A stretch of DNA of 64,000 bases from Planctomycetaceae bacterium (GTDB taxonomy: Bacteria; Planctomycetota; Planctomycetia; Pirellulales; UBA7805): the NCBI GenBank assembly GCA_902630355.1, contig CACOUL010000002.1, positions 59,605 through 123,604 of the forward strand. The letters are read 5' to 3'. Each line of letters begins with the position of its first letter. Position 1 is the stretch's first letter. The notes below the pieces were generated by a model that was given only the letters and a program-made list of their open reading frames with translations, was not told the origin of the DNA and did no database searches. Of the stretch, positions 44,343 through 52,534 are shown one piece after another. The translations under genes were made by a program, and so were the position numbers.

Positions 44343-45626
44343 TTAGACTGGGGTCACTGACCACTCGGATTCCAGAAAGATTTTTTGCGCTTTTTTGGGA
44401 TGCTTTCCCGTCCCAAATACATCGGCAGGAATGATCTCAAAATCGACCGCACGCTCGACATGATCTACAGCCTTCAGGTTATAACCGCTCCGGATTTCAA
44501 TCGATACGGCATAAATGCCCGGATGTAAATTCAAACGAGGCAAACGACAATCAACCGTTTGCCTCTTACCCGGCACCAAATCAAACGTGGTATCCCCTTG
44601 ATCACTTCCATGAATAATCGTGATCAAATCACCTCGCGAATCGGAAATAATGAAATTGATAAATGCGCCCCGAATCTCTTGATCAGCGTTTACCACGGTA
44701 TGGAAATGTATCCCGTCGCCCATGCCTAGCTTTCCGGCCGAAGCGCCGGCGAGATTTTTCAACTCGATATGCTCAAACTTTGCTTTACCGGTGCCACCCC
44801 GCGCAATGGTCGGATCGGTCAGATCTCGCTGCCCGGTCGTGGTTCCAAGTCTCGAAAGATACGTTGAGACCACGTCTCGACTGGTGGAATCCATCAGGAG
44901 ACGTCCGTGATCAAGCAGGATCGCACGCGGACAAAGATTTTCGACTGCAGCCATATTGTGACTTACGAATAAGACCGTGCGACCCGATTGGGCAACTTGG
45001 TCCATCTTACCCAGACACTTGCGCTGAAATTCCGCATCACCCACTGCCAGTACTTCGTCGATTAATAGAATTTCCAAATCGAGGTGAGCAGCAACCGCAA
45101 AACCGAGTCGCACTTTCATGCCACTCGAATACCGCTTCACGGGTGTCTCAATAAATTTTTCGATCCCCGCGAAATCTACAATTTCATCAAACTGGGATTT
45201 GATCTCCGAACGTGTCATCCCCAAGATCGAGCCGTTAAGAAAAATATTCTCGCGTCCCGTCAACTCGGGATGAAAACCTGTGCCCACTTCCAGCAAGCTT
45301 CCGACTCGGCCTTTTAAATCGGCGTGGCCTTTGGTCGGCGTTGTTATTTGGGTAAGAATTTTGAGCAACGTCGACTTACCAGCTCCATTGGCGCCCACAA
45401 TTGCCAAAGCATCGCCTTCGTTAACCTCAAAGCTTACATCACTGAGCGACCAGAATTCTTCCACCCGACCCAGCGCGGCACCACTGCGCAGATTGCGTAT
45501 TGGGGCCTTGATTGCATCCATCAGGACATCGCGCAGCATTCGATAACGAGGGTCATTCCCGCTCGCGGACTTCTGGCCAATGCGGTAACACTTCGAGATG
45601 TTTTCTACTTTGATGCGAGGAGCCAT
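44343..45626 (-). CDS. Polysaccharide/O-antigen ABC exporter ATP-binding protein (Wzt/TagH-like) with a C-terminal glycan-binding-type extension
   Basis: Walker A GANGAGKSTLLK, signature YSSGMKVRLGFA and Walker B ILLIDEVLAVGD, plus a ~170-aa beta-rich C-terminal domain. Confidence 0.9.
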   Translation of the reverse strand: MAPRIKVENISKCYRIGQKSASGNDPRYRMLRDVLMDAIKAPIRNLRSGAALGRVEEFWSLSDVSFEVNEGDALAIVGANGAGKSTLLKILTQITTPTKGHADLKGRVGSLLEVGTGFHPELTGRENIFLNGSILGMTRSEIKSQFDEIVDFAGIEKFIETPVKRYSSGMKVRLGFAVAAHLDLEILLIDEVLAVGDAEFQRKCLGKMDQVAQSGRTVLFVSHNMAAVENLCPRAILLDHGRLLMDSTSRDVVSTYLSRLGTTTGQRDLTDPTIARGGTGKAKFEHIELKNLAGASAGKLGMGDGIHFHTVVNADQEIRGAFINFIISDSRGDLITIIHGSDQGDTTFDLVPGKRQTVDCRLPRLNLHPGIYAVSIEIRSGYNLKAVDHVERAVDFEIIPADVFGTGKHPKKAQKIFLESEWSVTPV

Positions 45627-45652
45627 GGGACACTTTTATAGTGAACGTGGTA

Positions 45653-46714
45653 TCAGATGATATCCGCAAATTTTGGCTCAAGCCGATAGAAGTACATGCA
45701 GCCAAAAATAAAACCGAGAATCACCATCAGAGTGGAATAACCGAGTTCCTTCCACGGCAACGGGTGCCCGAGCAGTGCCGCCCGGAAACTTGCGATAAGG
45801 CCGTTCATTGGATTGAGCTGCAATGTTTTTTTCACATAGGCCCAAATCCCCAACTCCGCATCAGCCGCACCACCAGCTTCGTTCTGAACGACTGGATTTT
45901 CCGCCTTGACTTCAGTTTCAGTTTTGGCGGCGTTTGCATCTTGCTGAGTGACGGATGGGGTGGATGCCTCGGCAGACGGCTCATTAACCGACATGTAAAT
46001 CGCCGGCGTGGAGAACATCCAGAGCTGAACCAAGAATGGAATCGTGTGCTTGAAGTCGCGATAGGCAACGTTTAAAGCGGCAAGCATTGTGCCCACTCCG
46101 AGCGCCAACAAGATGGTCAGAAAGAGTATCGGAAACACCATCAACATGATCGGCCCGACTATGACTCCTGAAGTATCGGCCGACGAAAAATTGATGTAAA
46201 ACACCATCACCAGCAGGAGCACCGAAAATGCCACGAAAAAATCGAAAAGTGCAGAGCCTACCGATGCAAACGGGATTGTGAGTCTGGGCACATAAACCTT
46301 GGTAACCAGCGGTGACGACATCAACAAACTATTGCCTGCCTGCGCAATACCGACCGCATAAAAATTCCAAAGAATCAGCGCCGAAAACGAGAACAACGGA
46401 TAGGGTATTCCATCGGTCGGCACCTTGGCCATTTTTCCGAAAATGATAGTGAATACGACCATGTACAAGGTGGGCTGAATGACGGCCCAAGTGATCCCCA
46501 ACAGGGATTGCTTGTAACGAATCTTCACATCGCGCCAGGTGAGAAAAAACAGCAATTCCCGGTAGCGCCACAGCTCGCCGACGTTAATGAACGCCCAACC
46601 GGAGCGTGGCCGAATGACGGTGCCACGATTTGCTTGAGGGGGCTTTGCCAGCGCGGCATCGGCCTGCGCAGCGTTCGTTTCCGCATCTTCCATCAACATG
46701 TCGCCCATCAGCAA
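45653..46714 (-). CDS. ABC-2 type polysaccharide exporter permease (Wzm-like) with a low-complexity loop insertion
   Basis: Contains LWRYRELLFFLTWRDVKIRYKQSLLGITWAVIQP, the classic ABC-2 entry motif, six TM segments and LNPMNGLIASFR. A ~45-aa insert lies at 45851..45988. Confidence 0.85.
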   Translation of the reverse strand: MLMGDMLMEDAETNAAQADAALAKPPQANRGTVIRPRSGWAFINVGELWRYRELLFFLTWRDVKIRYKQSLLGITWAVIQPTLYMVVFTIIFGKMAKVPTDGIPYPLFSFSALILWNFYAVGIAQAGNSLLMSSPLVTKVYVPRLTIPFASVGSALFDFFVAFSVLLLVMVFYINFSSADTSGVIVGPIMLMVFPILFLTILLALGVGTMLAALNVAYRDFKHTIPFLVQLWMFSTPAIYMSVNEPSAEASTPSVTQQDANAAKTETEVKAENPVVQNEAGGAADAELGIWAYVKKTLQLNPMNGLIASFRAALLGHPLPWKELGYSTLMVILGFIFGCMYFYRLEPKFADII

Positions 46715-47586
46715 GCACTCCCGGTCACGCTCGTGTATTCAGACACAATGTGATCGACGCGATCGAATTCGAACTCTTGGAGTAACATCTGAAGCTTGGT
46801 TTCGGTACGGTGGAGGTTCACGTAATGACGCATTCTCGACATTGCCGAAGGACCCGACAAGCGGGGCTGCTGCGGATCGACTTCCCATGGATGAATATAG
46901 AACATAAACGGGTGGTTTGTGCGTTTATTTACTTGGGATAGGCAATATCGCGTGAGTGCAAATGGATAAAGACGAAAGTATCCGCCTCCCGATACGGGCA
47001 AATTCCACCAACCGAGCTTAAAGACGGAAGGAGGAAATTCTGCCAGTTGGCCGCAGGTCGTCTTTTGAAAATGAATATCGGGGCGTGCACCCGCAATACC
47101 GTAACGATCGTGATAAACGGGAAAGACCGATGAATCGATTTGAAAGCCCTCTTCGGCCAAAATATCGAGAGCCCAAAGCGACTTCTGTGTGATCGAAAAA
47201 CTGGGCGCTCGATAAGAGATGACCGGCTCTCCCAGAATGTCCTGCAGCACGTCCCTCGATCGCTTCACATCGTCTCGAAATTCTTCCGGTGACTGAGAAT
47301 AGATCAGACGATGCCAATAACTGTGAGATCCAATTTCATGGCCCCGGGATCGCAGTTCTTGTACCAGGGCTGGAAATCTTTCGGCAACCCAACCCAAGAT
47401 AAAAAAAGTGCCGCTTACGTTTGCACTTTCCAGAAGATCGGCGATCCGCAAGGTGTTGGCTTCGACGCGACTTTCGAATTCAGGCCAACGCTCCCTCTGC
47501 ACGCACGACTCGAAAGCCGATACCTGGAAGTAGTCCTCTACATCAACCGTAAAGGCATTGCGGATAGGCAACGATGACGATTCCAT
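46708..47586 (-). CDS. Polysaccharide deacetylase (CE4), PEP-CTERM-locus subfamily
   Basis: The N-terminus FTVDVEDYFQVSAFE is diagnostic for that subfamily. Also present are GHEIGSHSYWH and YRAPSFSI. Confidence 0.85.
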   Translation of the reverse strand: MESSSLPIRNAFTVDVEDYFQVSAFESCVQRERWPEFESRVEANTLRIADLLESANVSGTFFILGWVAERFPALVQELRSRGHEIGSHSYWHRLIYSQSPEEFRDDVKRSRDVLQDILGEPVISYRAPSFSITQKSLWALDILAEEGFQIDSSVFPVYHDRYGIAGARPDIHFQKTTCGQLAEFPPSVFKLGWWNLPVSGGGYFRLYPFALTRYCLSQVNKRTNHPFMFYIHPWEVDPQQPRLSGPSAMSRMRHYVNLHRTETKLQMLLQEFEFDRVDHIVSEYTSVTGSAC

Positions 47587-47598
47587 GGGCAGCCACCA

Positions 47599-48585
47599 TC
47601 AAGTGGACAGAGATCCCAGAGAATCCGAATCGGCATCATCCACTTCGCCGAGTCTTCCCGGTTCAGATAAGGGCTCTGCAACAAGGTCCTCGTTGGCAGA
47701 GTCATCCAAGATATCGTCACTCACTGCCACGACCTCCCGCTCGGCTTCCACTACTCGACTCTTTTCCGAGTTTCCCTCCACCAATTCGTCAAGCGAAATA
47801 CTGCGTCGCTCTGTTTTCTCCACATCGTCCATGGCGCAATCCGTTTTCAGAGGAGAAAAATCGTTGACTACGATCGGTGAGCCATTGAGATTCTTCGCAA
47901 AACTGGTGTGTTTCATCACACCCATCCAATGCGCCGCATCATTCGAGCGGAGGCCTACCATCTTGATGGCCGTGCAAAGGGCGATTTTGGCGTCCAAAAT
48001 CAGGGTGCCTGCCTGGACGTATTCCAGGTCCAACGCAAGTTTTTTACGGACACTCTCCAGGTCACTATCGGCCGGCAAAATGATCTGCGCAAGACCGGTA
48101 ATCCCCGGCTTCACGCTGAGCCGCCCAACATATCCGGGAATTTCCCGTGCAAGAAACTGGGTAAATTCGGGCCGCTCCGGCCGCGGTCCAATCAACGCCA
48201 TCTCCCCCTTCAGAACATTGAAAAGTTGGGGCAATTCGTCGAGGTGAGAAGCCCGCATGAACTTACCCAACGCTGTGACACGAGGGTCCGAAATGCCTGC
48301 GGTCCAGACGGGCCCACTTTTCGATTCGGCGTCGTTTGCCATCGTGCGGATTTTGTAAACCGTGAAAACCTCACCTTTCAGGCCAACGCGGGTCTGGCGG
48401 TAGATGCCCGGGCCTCGAGAGGTAATCTTCGTGAGAAGCACCAGACCGATAATAAAGGGCAAGGCAAAAATCAACATCAGGACCGCAAGCGGCAGCGCCA
48501 ACCAACTGAAGCGGGCAAAATAGGCCGCCGGATTCGGCAGATTGCTCGTGGTATCTACGGATTGCTCAGACAACGCAGCCTCCAC
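47599..48585 (-). CDS. Polyprenyl-phosphate glycosyl-1-phosphate transferase (bacterial sugar transferase, PglC/WbaP-C-like) with an acidic C-terminal tail
   Basis: A re-entrant helix (LPLAVLMLIFALPFIIGLVLLTKI) is followed by YKIRTM and DELPQLFNVLKGEMALIGPRP. It is the first gene of the 15-gene minus-strand operon. Confidence 0.85.
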   Translation of the reverse strand: MEAALSEQSVDTTSNLPNPAAYFARFSWLALPLAVLMLIFALPFIIGLVLLTKITSRGPGIYRQTRVGLKGEVFTVYKIRTMANDAESKSGPVWTAGISDPRVTALGKFMRASHLDELPQLFNVLKGEMALIGPRPERPEFTQFLAREIPGYVGRLSVKPGITGLAQIILPADSDLESVRKKLALDLEYVQAGTLILDAKIALCTAIKMVGLRSNDAAHWMGVMKHTSFAKNLNGSPIVVNDFSPLKTDCAMDDVEKTERRSISLDELVEGNSEKSRVVEAEREVVAVSDDILDDSANEDLVAEPLSEPGRLGEVDDADSDSLGSLST

Positions 48586-49037
48586 AGCCTAAGTCTGTCG
48601 AAAAATCGAGTGAGGAGAAATGAAAGGAAAAGAGACAAATTCAAAACCACGAGTGCCTAGGACTCACTCCCTTACGAAAGGCGACGATCGTCAGTTCTCC
48701 TAGACTACTCTCAGGATAGCTATCTCAACCCGCTAGTTCAAATATTTTGCACGAAATCGCGGGTAAACCGGCCGACAAAATCGGAAAAATTTGTTTTATA
48801 GGAATCCCAAGCAGAGTGCCGGGCATACTCGTTCTTGCAGCCGGAAAACAAGCCGCGCCGGCAGAAGCGGCAATCGCCTCTCCACCATGAGTGCCGAAAA
48901 TCAAGTCCTATCGAGAAATAAAGAAAACGTGACCGAGGCGAGCGACTTTCCCCTTACCTCCGTGGGGGGAGGCCCCTGTTTGAAAATAGGCTGTTTTTCC
49001 GATATCCTGAATCGCCAGTGGAGGCCTAGGCGGCGTA

Positions 49038-49073
49038 GAAAATGAGAAAACAGTGTTTGAAATTCTCGTTTTC
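49038..49073. promoter_or_regulatory. 11-nt inverted repeat (10/11 complementary) 64-99 bp upstream of the RiPP precursor start; candidate operator or RNA hairpin
   Basis: GAAAATGAGAA (49038..49048), a 14-nt spacer, then TTCTCGTTTTC (49063..49073). The single mismatch would be a G-U pair in RNA. Confidence 0.3.
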
Positions 49074-49136
49074 TGACCCGGGCCATTTCGCGTACTTGGT
49101 CAGTTCCTTGGTTCCCCCAGAGAAGGAGACACTGTT

Positions 49137-49559
49137 GTGAAGTTGAATAATCTCAATCGACGTGAATTTGCAAAACTCACCGCCGCTGCCGTCGGTGGTG
49201 TTGTGGCAGGGACCGCAGTGAGCGGTGTCGTGGAAGGCTCGATCGTGGACGAGAGTCCTTTGCTCTCCGGAAAGAATGTGTGCCGGGGGCTGAATCCAAA
49301 ATGCGGTGGCCACAAAGGTGGCAACAACGCATGTGCAGGACAGGGTGCATGCTACACGGCGAATAAGCATACATGCCACGGATCCAACGACTGTAAGGGT
49401 CAGGGTGGTTGCGGGGCACGTCCCGGAGAGAACGCGTGCAAAGGAAAGGGCGAATGTGGCGTTCCGTTGAGCGACTCCGCCTGGAAAAGGGCCCGTGCCA
49501 ACTTTGAAACTGCTATGAAAGCAGCGGGCAAAAAATTTGGTCCTGCTCCGGCAAAATAG
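49137..49559 (+). CDS. Cys-rich RiPP precursor candidate (bufferin-like) with a twin-arginine signal peptide
   Basis: A GTG start at 49137 sits 7 nt after the strong SD GAAGGAGA (49122..49129). The Tat motif is NRREFAK plus the hydrophobic LTAAAVGGVVAGTAVSGVV. The core holds 9 Cys in Gly-rich C-x-G contexts: CRG, CGG, CAGQGAC, HTCHGSNDCKGQGGCG and CKGKGECG. It lies immediately upstream of DUF692 and DUF2063. Confidence 0.7.
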   Translation: MKLNNLNRREFAKLTAAAVGGVVAGTAVSGVVEGSIVDESPLLSGKNVCRGLNPKCGGHKGGNNACAGQGACYTANKHTCHGSNDCKGQGGCGARPGENACKGKGECGVPLSDSAWKRARANFETAMKAAGKKFGPAPAK

Positions 49560-49581
49560 GCGGGTCGGGAAACAAGCTCAT

Positions 49582-49620
49582 ACTGTGCCGTGCGGCGATT
49601 TAGACGTTGCACGGCACAGT
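49582..49620 (+). terminator. Perfect 12-bp stem hairpin between the precursor and MNIO genes (candidate attenuator / partial intrinsic terminator)
   Basis: ACTGTGCCGTGC (49582..49593), a 15-nt loop, then GCACGGCACAGT (49609..49620), followed by GTGTTTTCG. It lies 23 nt after the precursor stop and 33 nt before the MNIO ATG. Confidence 0.45.
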
Positions 49621-49652
49621 GTGTTTTCGCGTAATCAGAAGGTGGTCGCTCT

Positions 49653-50573
49653 ATGGTCGAACCACGTCTCGGGCATCCTAATTTGGGCCTCGGAGTGGGC
49701 CTGCGTACGGTCCACTTCCCCTACATTCTGGAAAAGCATCCCCCCGTCGATTGGTTTGAGATCATCTCTGAAAACTTTATCGACTCCCAAGGGCGGCCGC
49801 GTCATACGCTGGATCAAATCGCCGAGCGGTATCCGATCGTTATGCATGGCGTATCGCTTTCGATCGGTAGTACCGATCCGCTCGATTTTCAATATTTGGA
49901 AAAACTTAAGAAACTCGCAAGCGAAACTGATGCTCGCTGGATCTCCGACCATCTCTGCTGGACCGGTGTGGCAGGTCGCAATACGCACGATTTGCTCCCT
50001 GTGCCTCTCAATGAGGACACGCTTCGGCACGTCTGTTCACGTATCGAGACCGTGCAGGATTATCTACAGCGACCTTTGATCCTGGAAAATCCAAGCAGCT
50101 ACGTCACGTTCGCCGAATCGACAATGTCGGAATGGGAATTTCTGACTTCAATGACCGAGGCAACGGAGTGTGGTCTTCTGCTCGATGTGAATAATGTTTA
50201 TGTGTCGAGCGTCAATCACGATTTTGATCCTTACGAATATCTGGGACACATTCCCTACGACCGCGTGGTCCAGTGCCATCTTGCAGGGCATACTCACTGT
50301 GGCACCCATTTAATTGACACTCACGACGGAAAAGTAATTGATCCGGTGTGGCAACTCTATCGAGAGGTCCATCGCGGCACCGGGGGAATCTCAACACTCT
50401 TGGAATGGGATGCACAAATTCCACCGTTTGAGGTAGTGCACGCGGAGGTGCTCAAGGCAAAACTTTACATGGAGGAAAATCTCCCGACCGATGGTCCTCA
50501 GACACAAGGCGAATCGACCGGCGAAGCTGTCCTGCCCCACCCGCTTCATTTTGTCGCACCGGAAGTGCAATGA
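49653..50573 (+). CDS. DUF692-family multinuclear non-heme iron oxidase (MNIO; MbnB/BufB-like)
   Basis: TIM-barrel DUF692 blocks are present: [48 protein letters not shown] and CHLAGH. The SD GAAGGTGG lies upstream. Confidence 0.9.
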   Translation: MVEPRLGHPNLGLGVGLRTVHFPYILEKHPPVDWFEIISENFIDSQGRPRHTLDQIAERYPIVMHGVSLSIGSTDPLDFQYLEKLKKLASETDARWISDHLCWTGVAGRNTHDLLPVPLNEDTLRHVCSRIETVQDYLQRPLILENPSSYVTFAESTMSEWEFLTSMTEATECGLLLDVNNVYVSSVNHDFDPYEYLGHIPYDRVVQCHLAGHTHCGTHLIDTHDGKVIDPVWQLYREVHRGTGGISTLLEWDAQIPPFEVVHAEVLKAKLYMEENLPTDGPQTQGESTGEAVLPHPLHFVAPEVQ

Positions 50574-50622
50574 GTGGTCGCCCTGAAGAAAACGTCACTG
50601 GACTTTCAACCCCCATGAACTG

Positions 50623-51534
50623 ATGCAAGAAAACGAAGATTTTGATCTGGGAAAGTTGCAAACGTGGATGCAGACGGTCATTTCTCACGCAGGGGGGATT
50701 GAAGCGGGAATTGCTTCAGAGGAAGCGCAGCGGGAATTCAAAATAGCTCCCGATACCTTAGAGAAGATTATTTGTCGATCGAACAATCTGACCAGCACAG
50801 AGCGACTGGGAATTTACGGCAACGCCTATTTCGCAAGACTCTTGGAATGTTTGCGAGAGAGTTTTCCTGCCCTCGCCTACGCACTAGGCGACGAATTATT
50901 TGACGAATTCTCCCTGGAGTATCTACAGAGATATCCATCTCAAAGTTACTCGCTCTGTGAACTGGGCGGGCACTTTGCCGCGCATCTTCAGGAAACACGC
51001 CCCGATGCGGAACAACGGGCGGCGGGACAAATTGATTGGCCCGATTTCCTCATCGACCTCGCCACACTCGAATGGAACATTGAGCAAGTCTTCGATGGGC
51101 CTGGAACCGAGGGAAAACCGTCCCTGGCGATTGCGCAAATTGAATCGATCTCGCCAGAGCAATGGTCGCAAATAATCTTGCAGCCTGGTCCCAGTTTGAG
51201 GATTCTGGAGTTTCAATTTCCGGTCAACGATTACTACACGGAATTCCGCCAGGAAAAAAAACCGGAAATGCCAGCGCCAAGACCTCAATACATTGCGCTG
51301 AACCGACGCGAGTATGTGGTTCGTCGGTTGGAAATCGAACCCTTGGAGTATCGATTGCTTGAGCGGATACTTTGTGGCGATTCTCTGGGCGATGTCATTC
51401 AAAGAGTTGCCGCTGAGGCGGAAGTTCCCCTCGAACAATTCGCCGAATTATTACAGCAGTGGTTTCAGAAATGGACAACAGCCCAGTTCTTTTCCTCCAT
51501 CAGCTCGCCACAAGCAGAGACACCGATCGACTAG
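50623..51534 (+). CDS. DUF2063 protein (MNIO partner, BufC/MbnC-like)
   Basis: Contains TSTERLGIYGNAYFARLLECLRESFPAL, the hallmark DUF2063 N-terminal block. The 303-aa size and the position directly after DUF692 both fit. Confidence 0.85.
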   Translation: MQENEDFDLGKLQTWMQTVISHAGGIEAGIASEEAQREFKIAPDTLEKIICRSNNLTSTERLGIYGNAYFARLLECLRESFPALAYALGDELFDEFSLEYLQRYPSQSYSLCELGGHFAAHLQETRPDAEQRAAGQIDWPDFLIDLATLEWNIEQVFDGPGTEGKPSLAIAQIESISPEQWSQIILQPGPSLRILEFQFPVNDYYTEFRQEKKPEMPAPRPQYIALNRREYVVRRLEIEPLEYRLLERILCGDSLGDVIQRVAAEAEVPLEQFAELLQQWFQKWTTAQFFSSISSPQAETPID

Positions 51535-51541
51535 TGGTCGA

Positions 51542-52429
51542 TCACGCGGCCAATCGCGCCCTGGAGCCATCTCCCAGGCGGTCCTCAAGGAGTTCGGCCG
51601 CCATCTGCCGATAGTCTACGGCACCATTCGATTCCGGTGCGTAATTAAAGATGGAACGTCCAAAACTGGGAGCCTCCGCCAAGCGTATATTGCGGCGAAT
51701 CCGCGAAGCGAACACTTTTGCTTCTGCCCAGGGTACCTGCTGACCGCGCGATTGATCAAAAAACTGCTCGACATCACGACTTACTTCAGCAGCCAGTCGC
51801 GTTCCCGAATCGAACATACAAAAAGCGACGCCCATCAATTGGAGACTTGGATTCAACTGTTGTGCCACCAGGTGAATTGTTTGCAGAAGCTTGCTCAGTC
51901 CATGCAGCGCAAGAAAATGTGGTTGCATCGGCAAAATAACTTCATCAACCGCTGCTAGTGCATTGATGGTCAGAACGCCAAGGGAAGGAGGACAATCGAT
52001 AATCACGAAATCGTATTCGTCGGCAACCTCTTGCAGGCGATTTCTGAGAATCAGATCCCGCCCTTCGACATTTGAAAGCTCCATTTCGGCGGCCGCCAGG
52101 TCAATGTGGCTCCCGGCGCACGATAAATGTTCCTCCACCTTGCGGGTGGCCTCTACAAGAGACATTTTTCCGCAGAGGACTTCATAAATCGAAGCCTCGC
52201 CTGGCGCAAGTTCAATTCCCATGTGCAACGTTGCGTGCGCTTGGGGATCCATATCGATGACTAGCACCCGTTGGCCACTCTCAGCCAAGGCAGCCGCCAC
52301 ATTGACTGTGGTGGTCGTTTTACCAACACCACCTTTTTGGTTGATCACGGCAATCGATCGCATCGACTTCTCCGGTTGCAGTCCGCTGAGTGATAACTTG
52401 AACCTGGCGCCGCGGGATTGTAGAGACAC
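51542..52429 (-). CDS. parA: ParA/Soj-family ATPase
   Basis: Deviant Walker A in IAVINQKGGVGKTTTTVNVAAAL, plus VLVIDMDPQ and IIDCPPSLG. The likely start is MRSIAV at 52363. No parB gene is adjacent. Confidence 0.9.
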   Translation of the reverse strand: MSLQSRGARFKLSLSGLQPEKSMRSIAVINQKGGVGKTTTTVNVAAALAESGQRVLVIDMDPQAHATLHMGIELAPGEASIYEVLCGKMSLVEATRKVEEHLSCAGSHIDLAAAEMELSNVEGRDLILRNRLQEVADEYDFVIIDCPPSLGVLTINALAAVDEVILPMQPHFLALHGLSKLLQTIHLVAQQLNPSLQLMGVAFCMFDSGTRLAAEVSRDVEQFFDQSRGQQVPWAEAKVFASRIRRNIRLAEAPSFGRSIFNYAPESNGAVDYRQMAAELLEDRLGDGSRARLAA

Positions 52430-52534
52430 CGCTGCAGAGAAGATAGGCCAATTGCGGCATCCTTCTGCAGGGAGTCAAGAGGGCGAAGCGACGCGGTTGC
52501 TTGCATTGCCAGCAAAAAAGTCCTGCGCGCTTTT

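Noticed and set aside
47558-48660. Two plus-strand ORFs (229 and 250 aa) over the sugar transferase gene
   Set aside because: They are antisense to a gene with unmistakable PGT motifs (KIRTM, DELPQL...GPRP).
48791-49045. 84-aa ORF ending in RPRRRRK, superficially like the Arg-rich end of a PEP-CTERM signal
   Set aside because: It has no Pro-Glu-Pro motif and no hydrophobic helix before the Arg cluster. Its composition is not protein-like, and it lies in the divergent promoter spacer.
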